A stretch of DNA of 64,000 nt from Pseudomonas sp. (GCF_032058845.1 NZ_DAMCCR010000003.1:18213-82212); one strand, 5' to 3'. Shown: positions 1-12,275, numbered from the stretch's first letter. A program made the numbers and translations. The notes: generated by a model not told the origin, from the letters alone.

Positions 1-88
1 TGCGGGCTGGGCGCAGAAATTGACTCGAAAGACAAAAAAACGGCGCCACCTCGAGTGCCGATACCCGACACAAAGGAGCGAGATCCAC

Positions 89-871
89 ATGCGTACCCTC
101 AACAGCCTGATCCTTGCCGGCGGCCTGCTGACCTGCGGCGCCAGCGTTGCCGGTGACCTGCTGCAATGGCAAAGCAACAGCCTCACGTATCTGTGGGGCA
201 AGAACTTCAAGGTCAACCCGGAGATTCAACAGACCTTTACCTTCGAGCACGCCGACGGCTGGAAGTACGGCGACAACTTCCTGTTCGTCGACCGCATCCT
301 CTACCAGGGCAAGAAGGACTCCAACGTAGGCCGCAACACCTATTACGGCGAATTCACCCCACGCCTGTCGTTCGGCAAGATCTTCGACCAGGACCTGTCG
401 TTCGGCCCGATCAAGGACGTGCTCCTGGCGATGACCTACGAGTTCGGCGAGGGCGACAACGAGTCGTACCTGATCGGCCCAGGCTTCGACCTGGCAGTAC
501 CGGGCTTCGACTACTTCCAGCTCAACTTCTACAAGCGCACCACCGACGGCAGCCGCCCGGGTGATGATGTCTGGCAGATCACGCCGGTGTGGGCCTACAC
601 GCTGCCGGTGGGCTCCTCGAACGTGCTGTTCGACGGCTACATGGACTGGGTCGTGGACAACGACGAGAACCGCCGCGGCACCTACCACGCCAACCTGCAC
701 TTCAACCCACAGATCAAGTACGACCTGGGCAAGGCGTTGAAGTGGGGCGAGAAGCAGCTGTACGTGGGTATCGAGTACGACTACTGGAAGAACAAGTACG
801 GCATCAAGGATTCCGACGGCTTCACCACCGACCAGAACACCGCGAGCCTGCTGGTGAAAGTGCACTTCTGA
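89..871 (+). CDS. Tsx/DUF5020-like nucleoside-specific outer membrane channel
   Basis: Signal peptide, aromatic-rich beta-strand pattern, C-terminal Phe; AAGGAG RBS before ATG at 89. Confidence 0.8.
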   Translation: MRTLNSLILAGGLLTCGASVAGDLLQWQSNSLTYLWGKNFKVNPEIQQTFTFEHADGWKYGDNFLFVDRILYQGKKDSNVGRNTYYGEFTPRLSFGKIFDQDLSFGPIKDVLLAMTYEFGEGDNESYLIGPGFDLAVPGFDYFQLNFYKRTTDGSRPGDDVWQITPVWAYTLPVGSSNVLFDGYMDWVVDNDENRRGTYHANLHFNPQIKYDLGKALKWGEKQLYVGIEYDYWKNKYGIKDSDGFTTDQNTASLLVKVHF

Positions 872-976
872 GGCGCTTGCGCGCCTGCCGCCGCTCGAGC
901 AGCGAGCAGGTGCGCCATGCGCAGCAGGGCCAGGCCGCTGCCGTTGCGCAGCGGTGCGGGCCCACACCTGCGGTGA

Positions 977-1897
977 TCAAGCCCGGGTGGCCGCCACGGT
1001 CTTGCTGACGCCGCCCACCACCAGGGCGGCGAGCATGCCGGCGATGGCGCCCACCACGCCGTACGCGGCCATCTTCACCACCACGCCCCAGCCGCCCAGG
1101 TCGCTCACCAGCGTTTCAAGGAAATGCTCGATGGGGTGAATGCCTTCGGCCACGAACGTGCCGCCGACCAGGAACATCGCCACCGTGCCGATCCACGACA
1201 GTGCCTTCATCAGCACGGGTGCCGAGGCCACCAGCGCGCCTCCGATCTTCTTCAGCACCGTGCCCAGTGCGCCGGTGGACTTGGACTTGAGCAACGCAAA
1301 GCCGACGTCGTCCATCCTGACGATGCCTGCGACTGCCCCGTACACGCCCACGGTCATGGCGATGGAGATCACGATCAGCGTCACGATCTGCTGCATCAGT
1401 GGCGCTGCCGAGACCACGTTCAAGGTGATCACGGTGATTTCGGCGCTGAGGATGAAGTCGGTGCGAACTGCGCCTTTGATCTTGCGCTTTTCGTAAGCCG
1501 CCAGCGCTTCCTTGCTTTTGGGCATGGCCTTGGCTTCCTCGGCCTCGGCCTCGGCACCACCGCGCTGGAGTTTTTCCTTGATGGCCTCGTAGCCCTCGTA
1601 GCAGAGGTAGATGCCGCCGGCCATCAGCAGCCACTTCACCGCCCACGGCAGAAAAGCGCTGAGCAACAGGGCACAGGGCACCAGGATCGCCTTGTTCAAC
1701 AGCGAGCCCTTGAACACCGCCCACACCACCGGCAGCTCCCGGTCGGCGCGCATGCCGGTAACCTGTTCGGCGTTTACTGCCAGGTCGTCGCTGAGCACAC
1801 TGGCGGTCTTTTTCGCCGCCACCTTGCTCATCAGGGAAATGTCATCGAGCAGTGCCGCGATATCGTCCAACAGTGCGAAGAAACTGCTGCCAGCCAT
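977..1897 (-). CDS. DUF808 (YedI-like) inner membrane protein
   Basis: N-terminal MAGSSFFALLDDIA..LDD and RTDFILSAEI motifs. Confidence 0.85.
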   Translation of the reverse strand: MAGSSFFALLDDIAALLDDISLMSKVAAKKTASVLSDDLAVNAEQVTGMRADRELPVVWAVFKGSLLNKAILVPCALLLSAFLPWAVKWLLMAGGIYLCYEGYEAIKEKLQRGGAEAEAEEAKAMPKSKEALAAYEKRKIKGAVRTDFILSAEITVITLNVVSAAPLMQQIVTLIVISIAMTVGVYGAVAGIVRMDDVGFALLKSKSTGALGTVLKKIGGALVASAPVLMKALSWIGTVAMFLVGGTFVAEGIHPIEHFLETLVSDLGGWGVVVKMAAYGVVGAIAGMLAALVVGGVSKTVAATRA

Positions 1898-2176
1898 TTA
1901 GAGTCATCCTGGGTCAATTGAGGCGATTCGGTGCGCGGGGCACCTTGGCCGACCCGCGTGCTCGAGAGGTCGAGCGCCGGGCGGCAGGGGAATGGCATAG
2001 AGACCGGGCGAGCCCGAAGGAGTTCTGCTGACGGCATGGCAGCGCACCCGGCGCGCCCTCAGGCGCGTGGCCCGTCACCGAGCACAGCGTGCGGGGCGTT
2101 GCCTTGAGCGGCGTTCGGGCACGGTGCTACCATCCCGCCCCTCCTGAGGCAGGCCGATAGAGGAAGTGTCCGGACC

Positions 2177-2782
2177 ATGAGCAGCATTCGTGAGCGCAAC
2201 AAGACGCTGATCCTGCGCGCGGCCAGCGAGGAATTCGCCGACAAGGGCTTCGCCGCCACCAAGACCAGCGACATCGCCGCCAAGGCGGGCCTGCCCAAAC
2301 CCAACGTCTACTACTACTTCAAGTCCAAGGACAACCTGTACCGCGAGGTGCTGGAAAGCATCATCACGCCGATCATGCAGGCTTCCACGCCGTTCAATGC
2401 AGAGGGTGATCCGCGGGAGGTGCTCAGTGGGTACATCCGCTCGAAGATCCGTATTTCCCGGGATCTGCCCCACGCGTCGAAGGTATTCGCCAGCGAGATC
2501 ATGCATGGTGCGCCGCATTTGTCGGCGGCGCAGGTGGAGCAGTTGAATGCGCAGGCGCGGCATAACATTGCGTGTATCCAGCAGTGGATCGAGCGGGGGC
2601 AGATTGCGCCGGTCGATCCGCATCATCTGATGTTCAGTATCTGGGCGGCGACGCAGACGTATGCGGATTTCGATTGGCAGATTTCGGCGGTGACGGGGAA
2701 GGATTCGTTGGCGGATGAGGATTATGAGGCGGCGGCGCTTACGATTATTCGGTTGGTGTTGAAGGGGTGTGAGCCGGATTAA
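2177..2782 (+). CDS. TetR/AcrR (RutR-like) transcriptional regulator
   Basis: N-terminal TetR HTH (AGLPKPNVYYYFKSK); IWAATQTYADF C-terminal motif. Confidence 0.9.
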   Translation: MSSIRERNKTLILRAASEEFADKGFAATKTSDIAAKAGLPKPNVYYYFKSKDNLYREVLESIITPIMQASTPFNAEGDPREVLSGYIRSKIRISRDLPHASKVFASEIMHGAPHLSAAQVEQLNAQARHNIACIQQWIERGQIAPVDPHHLMFSIWAATQTYADFDWQISAVTGKDSLADEDYEAAALTIIRLVLKGCEPD

Positions 2783-2844
2783 AGGTTTGGGTTTCGGCGA
2801 TGTGGGCTTTGGTTTTGGTGGTTTCATGACAGGTTCGCGGGGGC

Positions 2845-3186
2845 TGATGGTCAGCTTTTCGCCTTTACGGCGACGTCCTTTTGCGGCGCTGGGGTGGGAC
2901 TCTGGTTTTGTTGCTCATGCCAGGTCGGAGGTGGTTGATGGTCAGCCTTTCGCCTTTACGGCGACCTACTTTTGCGGCGGCTGCCCGCCCGGGGCAAAAG
3001 TAGGCAAAAACGCCTGGGCTCCACCAGCCGGCCCTTCGCTTCGCTGCGGGTGCCCTGCGTTCCGGGGCTTTACGGGGCTGCGCGGCCTACGGTTTGCTGC
3101 GCAAACCTACATCTCGCGACTTCGGCTGCGCCTCAGCGGCGCTGCGCGCCGGCCCCTTCAAGCCCCTGCACTTCGGCCGGCTGAAG
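2845..3186. repeat. Structured intergenic dispersed repeat with a partial tandem duplication
   Basis: 44-bp unit at 2845-2888 and 2936-2979 (3 mismatches); hairpin cctacttttgc...gcaaaagtagg at 2965-3004; further short palindromes to ~3186. Confidence 0.7.
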
Positions 3187-3318
3187 TCGCGATTTGGGTT
3201 GTCTGGGCTGGAGGGGTAGGAAGGGCAACGGCAACGGCGCAGCAGTGCTGACAAACAGGCCAGTTCCCAAAGTTTCAATACCCAAGACGCAGCGTCCTGA
3301 TCCACCGCCGCCACCCCC

Positions 3319-3461
3319 GTAGGAGCGGCTTCAGCCGCGATGGCCGGCAAAGCCGGCCTGATTCAGCCACCACCCATCAGCAGTTGAAGCTCGTCCGCAG
3401 CATCCAATCGGCGCCCATACAGCCCTTGTAGGGCCGGTCCGGCGCTCCGGTTAGTCGCGAT
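3319..3461 (+). repeat. REP (GTAG-type) copy plus a degenerate second copy
   Basis: gtaggagcggcttcagccgcgatggccggcaaagccggcc at 3319-3358; variant at 3428-3461 resembling the REP at ~21928-21968. Confidence 0.75.
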
Positions 3462-3502
3462 AGACGGCGCACATACCCTCGCTTCCACCTACCCCTGTCT
3501 GT

Positions 3503-3943
3503 TCAAACCACCACCCCCGCATCCGCCTTCAACCCCACGGCTTCTATCGCGCTGATCGCGCACTGTTCATCGATGTCCGAGGTGTCGCCGCTGATGCCCA
3601 CCGCGCCGAGCACCTTGCCGTCGGCGTCGCGGATCAGCACTCCGCCGGGGACCGGCACGACCGGGCGTTCGCCGAGGCCGTTGAGGGCGGCGAAGAAGGT
3701 AGGGCGTTGCTGGGCATCGAGCGCCAGCAAACGCGATCCCTTGCCCAGGGCGACGGCGCCCCAGGCCTTGCCGATGGCGATCTCCGGCCGGATCAGGCTG
3801 GCACCATCTTCACGCTGCAACGTGAGCAGATGCCCCCCTGCATCGAGGATCGCGACGGTCAGCGGCGCGGCGTCTATGGCGCGGCCTGCGGCCAGGGCCG
3901 CGGTCACCAGGCTGACGGCAGCGTTGAGGGTCAAGGGGGTCAT
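3503..3943 (-). CDS. glcG: GlcG/HbpS family heme-binding protein
   Basis: V..LD.GG, REDGA, IA..KA and GA(V)GISG motifs; divergent from gcl. Confidence 0.85.
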   Translation of the reverse strand: MTPLTLNAAVSLVTAALAAGRAIDAAPLTVAILDAGGHLLTLQREDGASLIRPEIAIGKAWGAVALGKGSRLLALDAQQRPTFFAALNGLGERPVVPVPGGVLIRDADGKVLGAVGISGDTSDIDEQCAISAIEAVGLKADAGVVV

Positions 3944-4023
3944 GGCGAGGTCCTCTTATTGTTGTGGACGCCCAAGGGCGATTGAAAACCGACCAACTCA
4001 ATAGAACACAACATGGTCATTAT

Positions 4024-4033
4024 TTGTATACAA
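4024..4033. promoter_or_regulatory. GntR/FadR-type operator palindrome TTGTATACAA
   Basis: Perfect palindrome in the glcG-gcl intergenic region, repeated at 4164 and 19371. Confidence 0.7.
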
Positions 4034-4163
4034 TATTTTCAAACGATCGTCTAAAACCGCAGGTAATCGCCTTTGTGTGCGACCAAAATTCAGCAACCGA
4101 CCCATAGACGAAAAGCCATTGACCTTTGCCGGGAAGCATGAATACACTTCATCGCAACGAAAG

Positions 4164-4173
4164 TTGTATACAA
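4164..4173. promoter_or_regulatory. GntR/FadR-type operator palindrome TTGTATACAA
   Basis: Lies just downstream of a TTGACC-N18-TACACT promoter candidate (4119-4148) for gcl. Confidence 0.7.
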
Positions 4174-4198
4174 TTACAAAATCGATGAGGCACAACCC

Positions 4199-5974
<1,776 letters not shown>

Positions 5975-6034
5975 ACGCCCTGCCCGCCCTCGCCTCGCAT
6001 GAGGCGCGGGCCTTATTCGCAAGGAGATTCACCC

Positions 6035-6817
6035 ATGCCTCGCTTCGCTGCCAACCTGTCGATGCTGTTCACCGAAGAGGATTTCCTGGCCCGCTTCAAG
6101 GCCGCTGCCGACGCCGGTTTCACCGGGGTCGAGTACCTGTTTCCGTACGACTACCCCGCCGCCGAGATTCGCCAGCAGCTCGATGCCCATGGCTTGACCC
6201 AGGTGCTGTTCAACCTGCCGGCCGGAGATTGGGGCCAGGGCGAGCGTGGCATTGCTTGCCACCCGGACCGCGTCGAGCAATTCCGCGCCGGGGTCGATCA
6301 GGCCATCGAGTACGCCAAGGTGCTAGGCAATACCCAGGTCAACTGCCTGGCCGGCATTCGCCCGCGGGGGCTGGACGAGCAGGCGGTGCGCGCGACCTTC
6401 GTCGACAACCTGCGCTACGCCGCCGAGCGGTTCAAGGCTGCCGGCCTGCGCCTGGTCATGGAGATGATCAACACCCGTGACATCCCCGGCTTCTACCTCA
6501 ACACCACCGCCCAGGCGCTGGAGATTCAGGCCGAGGTGGGCAGTGACAACCTGTTCCTGCAGTACGACATCTACCACATGCAGATCATGGAAGGCGACCT
6601 GGCCCGCACGCTGCAGGCGAACCTTGCGCTGATCAACCATGTGCAACTGGCTGACAACCCAGGGCGCAACGAGCCGGGCACGGGCGAGATCAACTACCAC
6701 TTCCTGTTCGCCCACCTCGACCGGATCGGCTACCAGGGCTGGGTCGGAGCCGAATACAAGCCGCTGACCACGACCGAGGCGGGGCTGGGCTGGTTGAAGA
6801 CCTACAACGTGATCTGA
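6035..6817 (+). CDS. hyi: Hydroxypyruvate isomerase
   Basis: MPRFAANLSMLF, QYDIYHMQ, ADNPGRNEPGTGE motifs. Confidence 0.95.
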   Translation: MPRFAANLSMLFTEEDFLARFKAAADAGFTGVEYLFPYDYPAAEIRQQLDAHGLTQVLFNLPAGDWGQGERGIACHPDRVEQFRAGVDQAIEYAKVLGNTQVNCLAGIRPRGLDEQAVRATFVDNLRYAAERFKAAGLRLVMEMINTRDIPGFYLNTTAQALEIQAEVGSDNLFLQYDIYHMQIMEGDLARTLQANLALINHVQLADNPGRNEPGTGEINYHFLFAHLDRIGYQGWVGAEYKPLTTTEAGLGWLKTYNVI

Positions 6818-6904
6818 GTGATTACGGCCGGTTGAAGCCGCACAACTTGATGCGAGTGAGGGCCTGTGGACGCGAAGGTTAACCCGTTCTGGCGGTGTCT
6901 GCCC

Positions 6905-7088
6905 TGCCGGCCCTTCGCGGCTAAAGCCGCTCCCACAGGGTGCGCGGTAACGGGTTGACCTGTGTCTGAGGGCAAACGCGATGCAGCCAGGCACAACTAC
7001 CGCCGCAAACCTGACCAACGCTGTTCCAGAACGAAAATGCAATTCAGGTGGAAGCGGCTATTGCCGCGATGGCCGGCGCAGCCGGCCC
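6905..7088. repeat. Inverted REP doublet in the hyi-glxR spacer
   Basis: cccttcgcggctaaagccgctcccacagg (6911-6939) and an inverted gtggaagcggctattgccgcgatggccggcgcagccggcc (~7048-7088). Confidence 0.7.
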
Positions 7089-7314
7089 ATTACAAACGAC
7101 ACCGCCTCCTCCAGTGAACCCTATCGATCCAGGGCCTCTGGCCGGACCCAGCAAAACGAATGACCCCCGCCCGCAGGCACAACACGCAGAAGCGGGCTGC
7201 AACCGAAATACGTCCACGGCAACGCCGCACTCGCCGTCAGGCAACCAAACCACTGTCACGGGGCGCGACCGTTTTCCCCGCCCCTTCCCAGTCAACAACA
7301 AGAGGCACCACCAC

Positions 7315-8208
7315 ATGGCCAAGATCGGATTCATCGGCACCGGCATCATGGGCAAGCCCATGGCCCACAACCTGCTCAAGGCCGGCCACGACCTGTTCGT
7401 CTCCGAGCACCACAGCAAGGCCCCTGCAGACCTGACCGAGGCCGGCGCCGTCGCCCTGGCCAACCCCAAAGAGGTGGCCCAGGAAGCCGATTTCATCATC
7501 GTCATCGTCCCCGATACCCCGCAGGTCGAAAGCGTGCTGTTCGACACCGACGGCATCGCCGAGGGCCTGAGCGCCAACAAGATCGTGATCGACATGAGCT
7601 CGATCTCCCCCACCGCCACCAAGGCCTTCGCCGAGCGCATCGCCAAAACCGGCGCCAGCTACCTCGACGCCCCGGTCTCCGGTGGTGAAGTCGGCGCCAA
7701 GGCCGCCACCCTGAGCATCATGATCGGCGGCAGCGCCGAGGCGTATGAACGCGCCCTGCCGCTGTTCCAGGCGATGGGCAAGAACATCACCCACGTCGGC
7801 GGCAGCGGCGACGGCCAGACCGCCAAGGTGGCCAACCAGATCATCGTCGCCCTGAACATCCAGGCGGTCAGCGAAGCCCTGCTGTTCGCCGCAAAAAATG
7901 GTGCCGACCCGGCCAAGGTCCGTGCCGCATTGATGGGCGGCTTCGCCTCGTCGAAAATCCTCGAAGTGCATGCCGAGCGCATGATCAAGGGCACCTTCGA
8001 CCCCGGCTTCAAGATCACCCTGCACCAGAAAGACCTCAACCTGGCCCTGCAAGGCGCCAAGGAACTGGGGATCAACCTGCCCAACACCTCCAACGCGCAG
8101 CAGGTGTTCAGCACCTGTGTGGCGCTGGGTGGCGGCAACTGGGACCATTCGGCATTGATCAAGGGTCTGGAGCACATGGCCAACTTCTCGATCCGCGACG
8201 AGCAGTAG
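7315..8208 (+). CDS. glxR: 2-hydroxy-3-oxopropionate (tartronate semialdehyde) reductase
   Basis: KIGFIGTGIMG Rossmann motif, DAPVSGG, KVANQ. Confidence 0.95.
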   Translation: MAKIGFIGTGIMGKPMAHNLLKAGHDLFVSEHHSKAPADLTEAGAVALANPKEVAQEADFIIVIVPDTPQVESVLFDTDGIAEGLSANKIVIDMSSISPTATKAFAERIAKTGASYLDAPVSGGEVGAKAATLSIMIGGSAEAYERALPLFQAMGKNITHVGGSGDGQTAKVANQIIVALNIQAVSEALLFAAKNGADPAKVRAALMGGFASSKILEVHAERMIKGTFDPGFKITLHQKDLNLALQGAKELGINLPNTSNAQQVFSTCVALGGGNWDHSALIKGLEHMANFSIRDEQ

Positions 8209-8335
8209 ACTGTTTCGCGGGAGCGCCTGGTCAGCACTTTCGCAACGCGCAACACCCGCCCCGGCGTCGGCCTGCACGGAGGCCGCTGTCGGGGCGGCCC
8301 TGATTTCGCACAACAATAATCATTGGGAGCCTGCC

Positions 8336-9610
8336 ATGTCGGTCGATCCGCAAACCCTACTCCGCTCGCTGTTCGATGCAGCGATTGCCGCGGCCCATCC
8401 GCGTCAGGTCCTCGAACCCCATCTACCGGCCGACCGCACGGGCCGTGTGATCGTCATCGGTGCCGGCAAGGCTGCCGCAGCCATGGCCGAAGTGGTGGAA
8501 AAGCACTGGCAAGGCGAGGTCAGCGGCCTGGTCGTGACGCGTTACGGCCACGGCGCCAGTTGCCAGAAGATCGAAGTGGTCGAAGCCGCTCACCCCGTGC
8601 CTGACGCAGCCGGCCTGGCCGTGGCCGAGCGGGTGCTGGCGATGGTCAGCAACCTCAGCGAAAGCGACCGGGTGATCTTCCTGCTCTCCGGGGGCGGCTC
8701 GGCGCTGCTGGCACTGCCCGCCGAAGGCCTGACCCTTGCCGACAAGCAACACGTGAACAAGGCCCTGCTCAAGTCCGGCGCCACCATCGGCGAGATGAAC
8801 TGCGTGCGCAAGCACCTCTCGGCGATCAAGGGCGGTCGCCTGGCCAAGGCCTGCTGGCCGGCCACGGTCTACACCTATGCCATTTCCGATGTACCGGGCG
8901 ATCTGGCCACCGTGATCGCCTCGGGCCCGACCGTGGCCGATCCGAGCACCTCGGCCGATGCTCTGGCCGTGCTCAAACGCTACGCCATCGATGCGCCCCA
9001 AGCGGTCATCGACTGGCTCAACAACCCTGCCTCGGAAACCGTCAAAGCCGGCGACCCGGCGCTGTCGCGCAGCCATTTCCAGTTGATCGCCAAACCCCAG
9101 CAATCCCTGGAAGCCGCTGCGGTGAAAGCGCGCCAGGCCGGGTTCAGCCCGCTGATCCTCGGTGATCTTGAAGGCGAATCACGGGAAGTGGCCAAGGTGC
9201 ATGCCGGCATTGCCCGGCAGATCGTCCTGCACGGCCAGCCGCTCAAGCCGCCCTGCATCATCCTCTCAGGCGGTGAAACCACGGTGACCTTGCGCGGCAA
9301 CGGTCGTGGCGGGCGCAACGCGGAGTTCCTGCTGAGCCTCACCGAAAACCTCAAAGGCTTCCCGGGCATCTACGCCCTGGCAGGCGACACCGACGGCATC
9401 GATGGCTCGGAAGACAACGCCGGCGCCCTGATGACCCCCGACAGCTACGCCCGTGCCGCCGCCCTGGGGCTGTCTGCCACCGATGAGCTGGACAACAACA
9501 ATGGCTACGGCTACTTCGAAGCCCTCGACGCGCTGATCGTCACCGAGCCGACGCGCACCAACGTCAACGACTTCCGCGCCATTCTCATTCTCGAGACCCC
9601 CTACCCATGA
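8336..9610 (+). CDS. ttuD: Glycerate 2-kinase (MOFRL/TtuD family)
   Basis: GAGKAA, LLSGGGSAL, GGETTV, GGRN, TNVND motifs. Confidence 0.92.
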   Translation: MSVDPQTLLRSLFDAAIAAAHPRQVLEPHLPADRTGRVIVIGAGKAAAAMAEVVEKHWQGEVSGLVVTRYGHGASCQKIEVVEAAHPVPDAAGLAVAERVLAMVSNLSESDRVIFLLSGGGSALLALPAEGLTLADKQHVNKALLKSGATIGEMNCVRKHLSAIKGGRLAKACWPATVYTYAISDVPGDLATVIASGPTVADPSTSADALAVLKRYAIDAPQAVIDWLNNPASETVKAGDPALSRSHFQLIAKPQQSLEAAAVKARQAGFSPLILGDLEGESREVAKVHAGIARQIVLHGQPLKPPCIILSGGETTVTLRGNGRGGRNAEFLLSLTENLKGFPGIYALAGDTDGIDGSEDNAGALMTPDSYARAAALGLSATDELDNNNGYGYFEALDALIVTEPTRTNVNDFRAILILETPYP

Positions 9611-11022
9611 CGCCCGATAAAAAGGTCAAGATCCTCGCCACCCTGGGCCCGGCCACCCGCAGCATTGATGACGTGCGCCAACTGGTCGAGGCCGGGGTGA
9701 ACATCTTTCGCCTGAACTTCAGCCACGGTGAGCACGCCGACCATGCCGAGCGCTATGGCTGGATTCGTGACGTGGAGCGGCAGCTCAATTACCCGCTGGG
9801 CATTCTCATGGACCTGCAAGGGCCGAAGTTGCGTGTGGGTCGCTTTGCCGAGGGCAAGGTGCAGTTGCAGCGCGGCCAGACGCTGCGCCTGGACCTTGAC
9901 GCCACCCCCGGCGACCAGCACCGGGTCAACCTGCCCCACCCGGAGATCATCACCGCGCTGGAACCGGGCATGGACCTGCTGCTCGACGACGGCAAGCTAC
10001 GCCTGCGCGTGCTGGCCAAGCATGGCGATGCCATCGACACCGAGGTGGTGGACGGCGGTGAGCTGTCGGACCGCAAAGGCGTCAACGTTCCGCAGGCCCT
10101 GCTCGAGCTGTCGCCGCTGACGGAAAAGGATCGCCGTGACCTGGCATTCGGTCTGGAACTGGGCGTGGACTGGGTGGCGCTGTCGTTCGTGCAACGCCCT
10201 GAGGACATCGAGGAAGCGCGCCGACTGATCGGTGATCGCGCCTACCTCATGGCCAAGATCGAGAAGCCTTCGGCGGTGACCCAGTTGCAGGCCATCGCCG
10301 AACGGGCCGACGCGATCATGGTGGCCCGTGGCGACCTGGGGGTGGAGGTGCCGGCCGAGCAGGTACCGCAGATCCAGAAAAACATCATCGGCACCTGCCG
10401 TCAGCTCGGCAAACCGGTGGTGGTCGCCACGCAGATGCTCGAATCCATGCGTTTCTCCCCGGCCCCGACCCGCGCAGAAGTCACCGACGTGGCCAACGCC
10501 GTGGCCGAAGGCGCCGATGCCGTGATGCTCTCGGCTGAAACCGCCTCGGGCGACTACCCGCTCGAAGCGGTGCGGATGATGAGCAAGATCATTCGCCAGG
10601 TCGAAAACGGCCCGGACTATCAGGCCCAGCTCGACGTGGGCCGGCCCAGGGCCGAGGCCACGGTGTCGGATGCTATCAGCTGCGCGATCCGGCGGATCAG
10701 CGGCATCCTGCCGGTGGCGGTGCTGGTCAACTACAGCGAGTCTGGCGCCTCGACACTGCGCGCAGCCCGCGAACGGCCCCGCGCGCCGATCCTCAACCTC
10801 ACTCCCAACCGCCGCACGGCGCGTCGGCTGAGTGTGACCTGGGGCGTGCACTCGGTGGTCAATGACCGGCTGCGGCAGGTCGATGAAATCTGCTCGACCG
10901 CGCTGGAAATCGCCCAAGCGCAGGGCATGGCCGACCTCGGTGACACCTTGCTGATCACCGCCGGTGTGCCTTTTGGCAAGCCGGGTACGACTAATACGTT
11001 GCGGATCGAGGTATTGGTGTAG
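9607..11022 (+). CDS. pyk: Pyruvate kinase
   Basis: KILATLGPA, RLNFSHG, IMVARGDLGVE, ATQMLESM motifs. Confidence 0.96.
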   Translation: MTPDKKVKILATLGPATRSIDDVRQLVEAGVNIFRLNFSHGEHADHAERYGWIRDVERQLNYPLGILMDLQGPKLRVGRFAEGKVQLQRGQTLRLDLDATPGDQHRVNLPHPEIITALEPGMDLLLDDGKLRLRVLAKHGDAIDTEVVDGGELSDRKGVNVPQALLELSPLTEKDRRDLAFGLELGVDWVALSFVQRPEDIEEARRLIGDRAYLMAKIEKPSAVTQLQAIAERADAIMVARGDLGVEVPAEQVPQIQKNIIGTCRQLGKPVVVATQMLESMRFSPAPTRAEVTDVANAVAEGADAVMLSAETASGDYPLEAVRMMSKIIRQVENGPDYQAQLDVGRPRAEATVSDAISCAIRRISGILPVAVLVNYSESGASTLRAARERPRAPILNLTPNRRTARRLSVTWGVHSVVNDRLRQVDEICSTALEIAQAQGMADLGDTLLITAGVPFGKPGTTNTLRIEVLV

Positions 11023-11186
11023 CCCGCTCGTACAAGCCGCAGCGCCCAATGACCGCCCCGCCATGACGTCTGCATAGCCAGGTTCATCGCGGGGCGATCG
11101 CGTTCGGACGACACGCTTCGACCTGCTGCACTGCCTCGGCAGTTGCCTGCCGACCCAACCCCTTCCCCTCACCTTGCCGACGCGCC

Positions 11187-12053
11187 ATGTACACCAAGAA
11201 CTTCGTCAACCCCTGCCCCGACTGGGCCACCGCGCTGCTCAACGGCTTCAGCCAGGTGCTCTTGCTGCGCAGCCCGCTGTGCGGCCTGTGCTGCCTGCTG
11301 GCCATCCTCTTCACCGCCCCCACCCTGGTCGGCGGCGCCCTGCTCGGCGCGCTTGCCGGCCTGCTCACCGCCCAGCGCCGCGGCTATGACCGCGCCGATC
11401 GCCAGGCGGGGCTCTACTGCTACAACGGCGTGCTGATCGGCATCCTGATCAGCGCGGTGCTGCCGTGGTCGGCCATCCTGCCGCCGCTGATCATCGCGGC
11501 GGGCGGGCTGTCGAGCATCATTACCCACCAGTGGCGCAAGCGGGGAGGCACGTTGCTGGTGGCGTATACCGCGCCGTTCGTGCTGCTGGGCTGGGGCGTG
11601 TTGACGTTCGCCGAGCCGGGTTTGGCGGTTGTGGCCGAGCCGAATCCGCTTTACGGACTGCTGCGGGGGATAGGCCAGATCTTTCTGCTGGATCATCCGC
11701 TGGCAGGGCTGCTGATCATCATCGGGATGTTCATCGCCCAGCCGTATGCGGCGATATGGGCAGTGATCGGGTCGGCAATTGGCGGCGGGGTGGCGTGGCT
11801 GGCGGGCCTGGATCAGGCGTCTGCGATGGGTCTGTACGGGTTCAACGCGGCACTTGCGGCCTTGGCATTCAGCCGTCAGGGGGAGAGACCTTGGACGACC
11901 CTACTAGCCATTACCCTGGCACTGCTGCTACAGCCACTGATCGCGCGGCTACCCGTTGCGGGATTGACCGCGCCTTTCGTCGCGTCATGCTGGTTGCTCC
12001 ACCTCGGCACCTGCATTAGCCGGACTGCTGCAAACCGTATGCCTTTCAACTGA
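11187..12053 (+). CDS. Urea transporter (UT family)
   Basis: Repeated G..QV / G.GQIF and GLY.(Y/F)N motifs, TAPFV. Confidence 0.88.
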   Translation: MYTKNFVNPCPDWATALLNGFSQVLLLRSPLCGLCCLLAILFTAPTLVGGALLGALAGLLTAQRRGYDRADRQAGLYCYNGVLIGILISAVLPWSAILPPLIIAAGGLSSIITHQWRKRGGTLLVAYTAPFVLLGWGVLTFAEPGLAVVAEPNPLYGLLRGIGQIFLLDHPLAGLLIIIGMFIAQPYAAIWAVIGSAIGGGVAWLAGLDQASAMGLYGFNAALAALAFSRQGERPWTTLLAITLALLLQPLIARLPVAGLTAPFVASCWLLHLGTCISRTAANRMPFN

Positions 12054-12275
12054 GGCGAATCACGGCCGCTTCGTTCGTGGGCTGGGCACATACCACCGCA
12101 GAGCAGCGATAAGACACCGTTGCCTCAGTTCGAACGGACACTGAAACATCCCACCGCCTTGCAGCGCTCCGACTTCCAGCTACTCGGATGAGCAGGTCAA
12201 TTCGGCGCCTGGACGATTGCGCACTGCTTACCAACCCTTCTAGGCTTGGCGCCTCAGTAATCCGAGCCTTAGCAC

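Noticed and set aside
2845..2979. CRISPR-like repeat-spacer-repeat
   Set aside because: Only two imperfect copies, no cas genes, and the second copy is part of a larger structured repeat.
7048..7314. N-terminal extension of glxR
   Set aside because: Runs through REP and intergenic sequence; the family start MAKIGFIG at 7315 has its own RBS.
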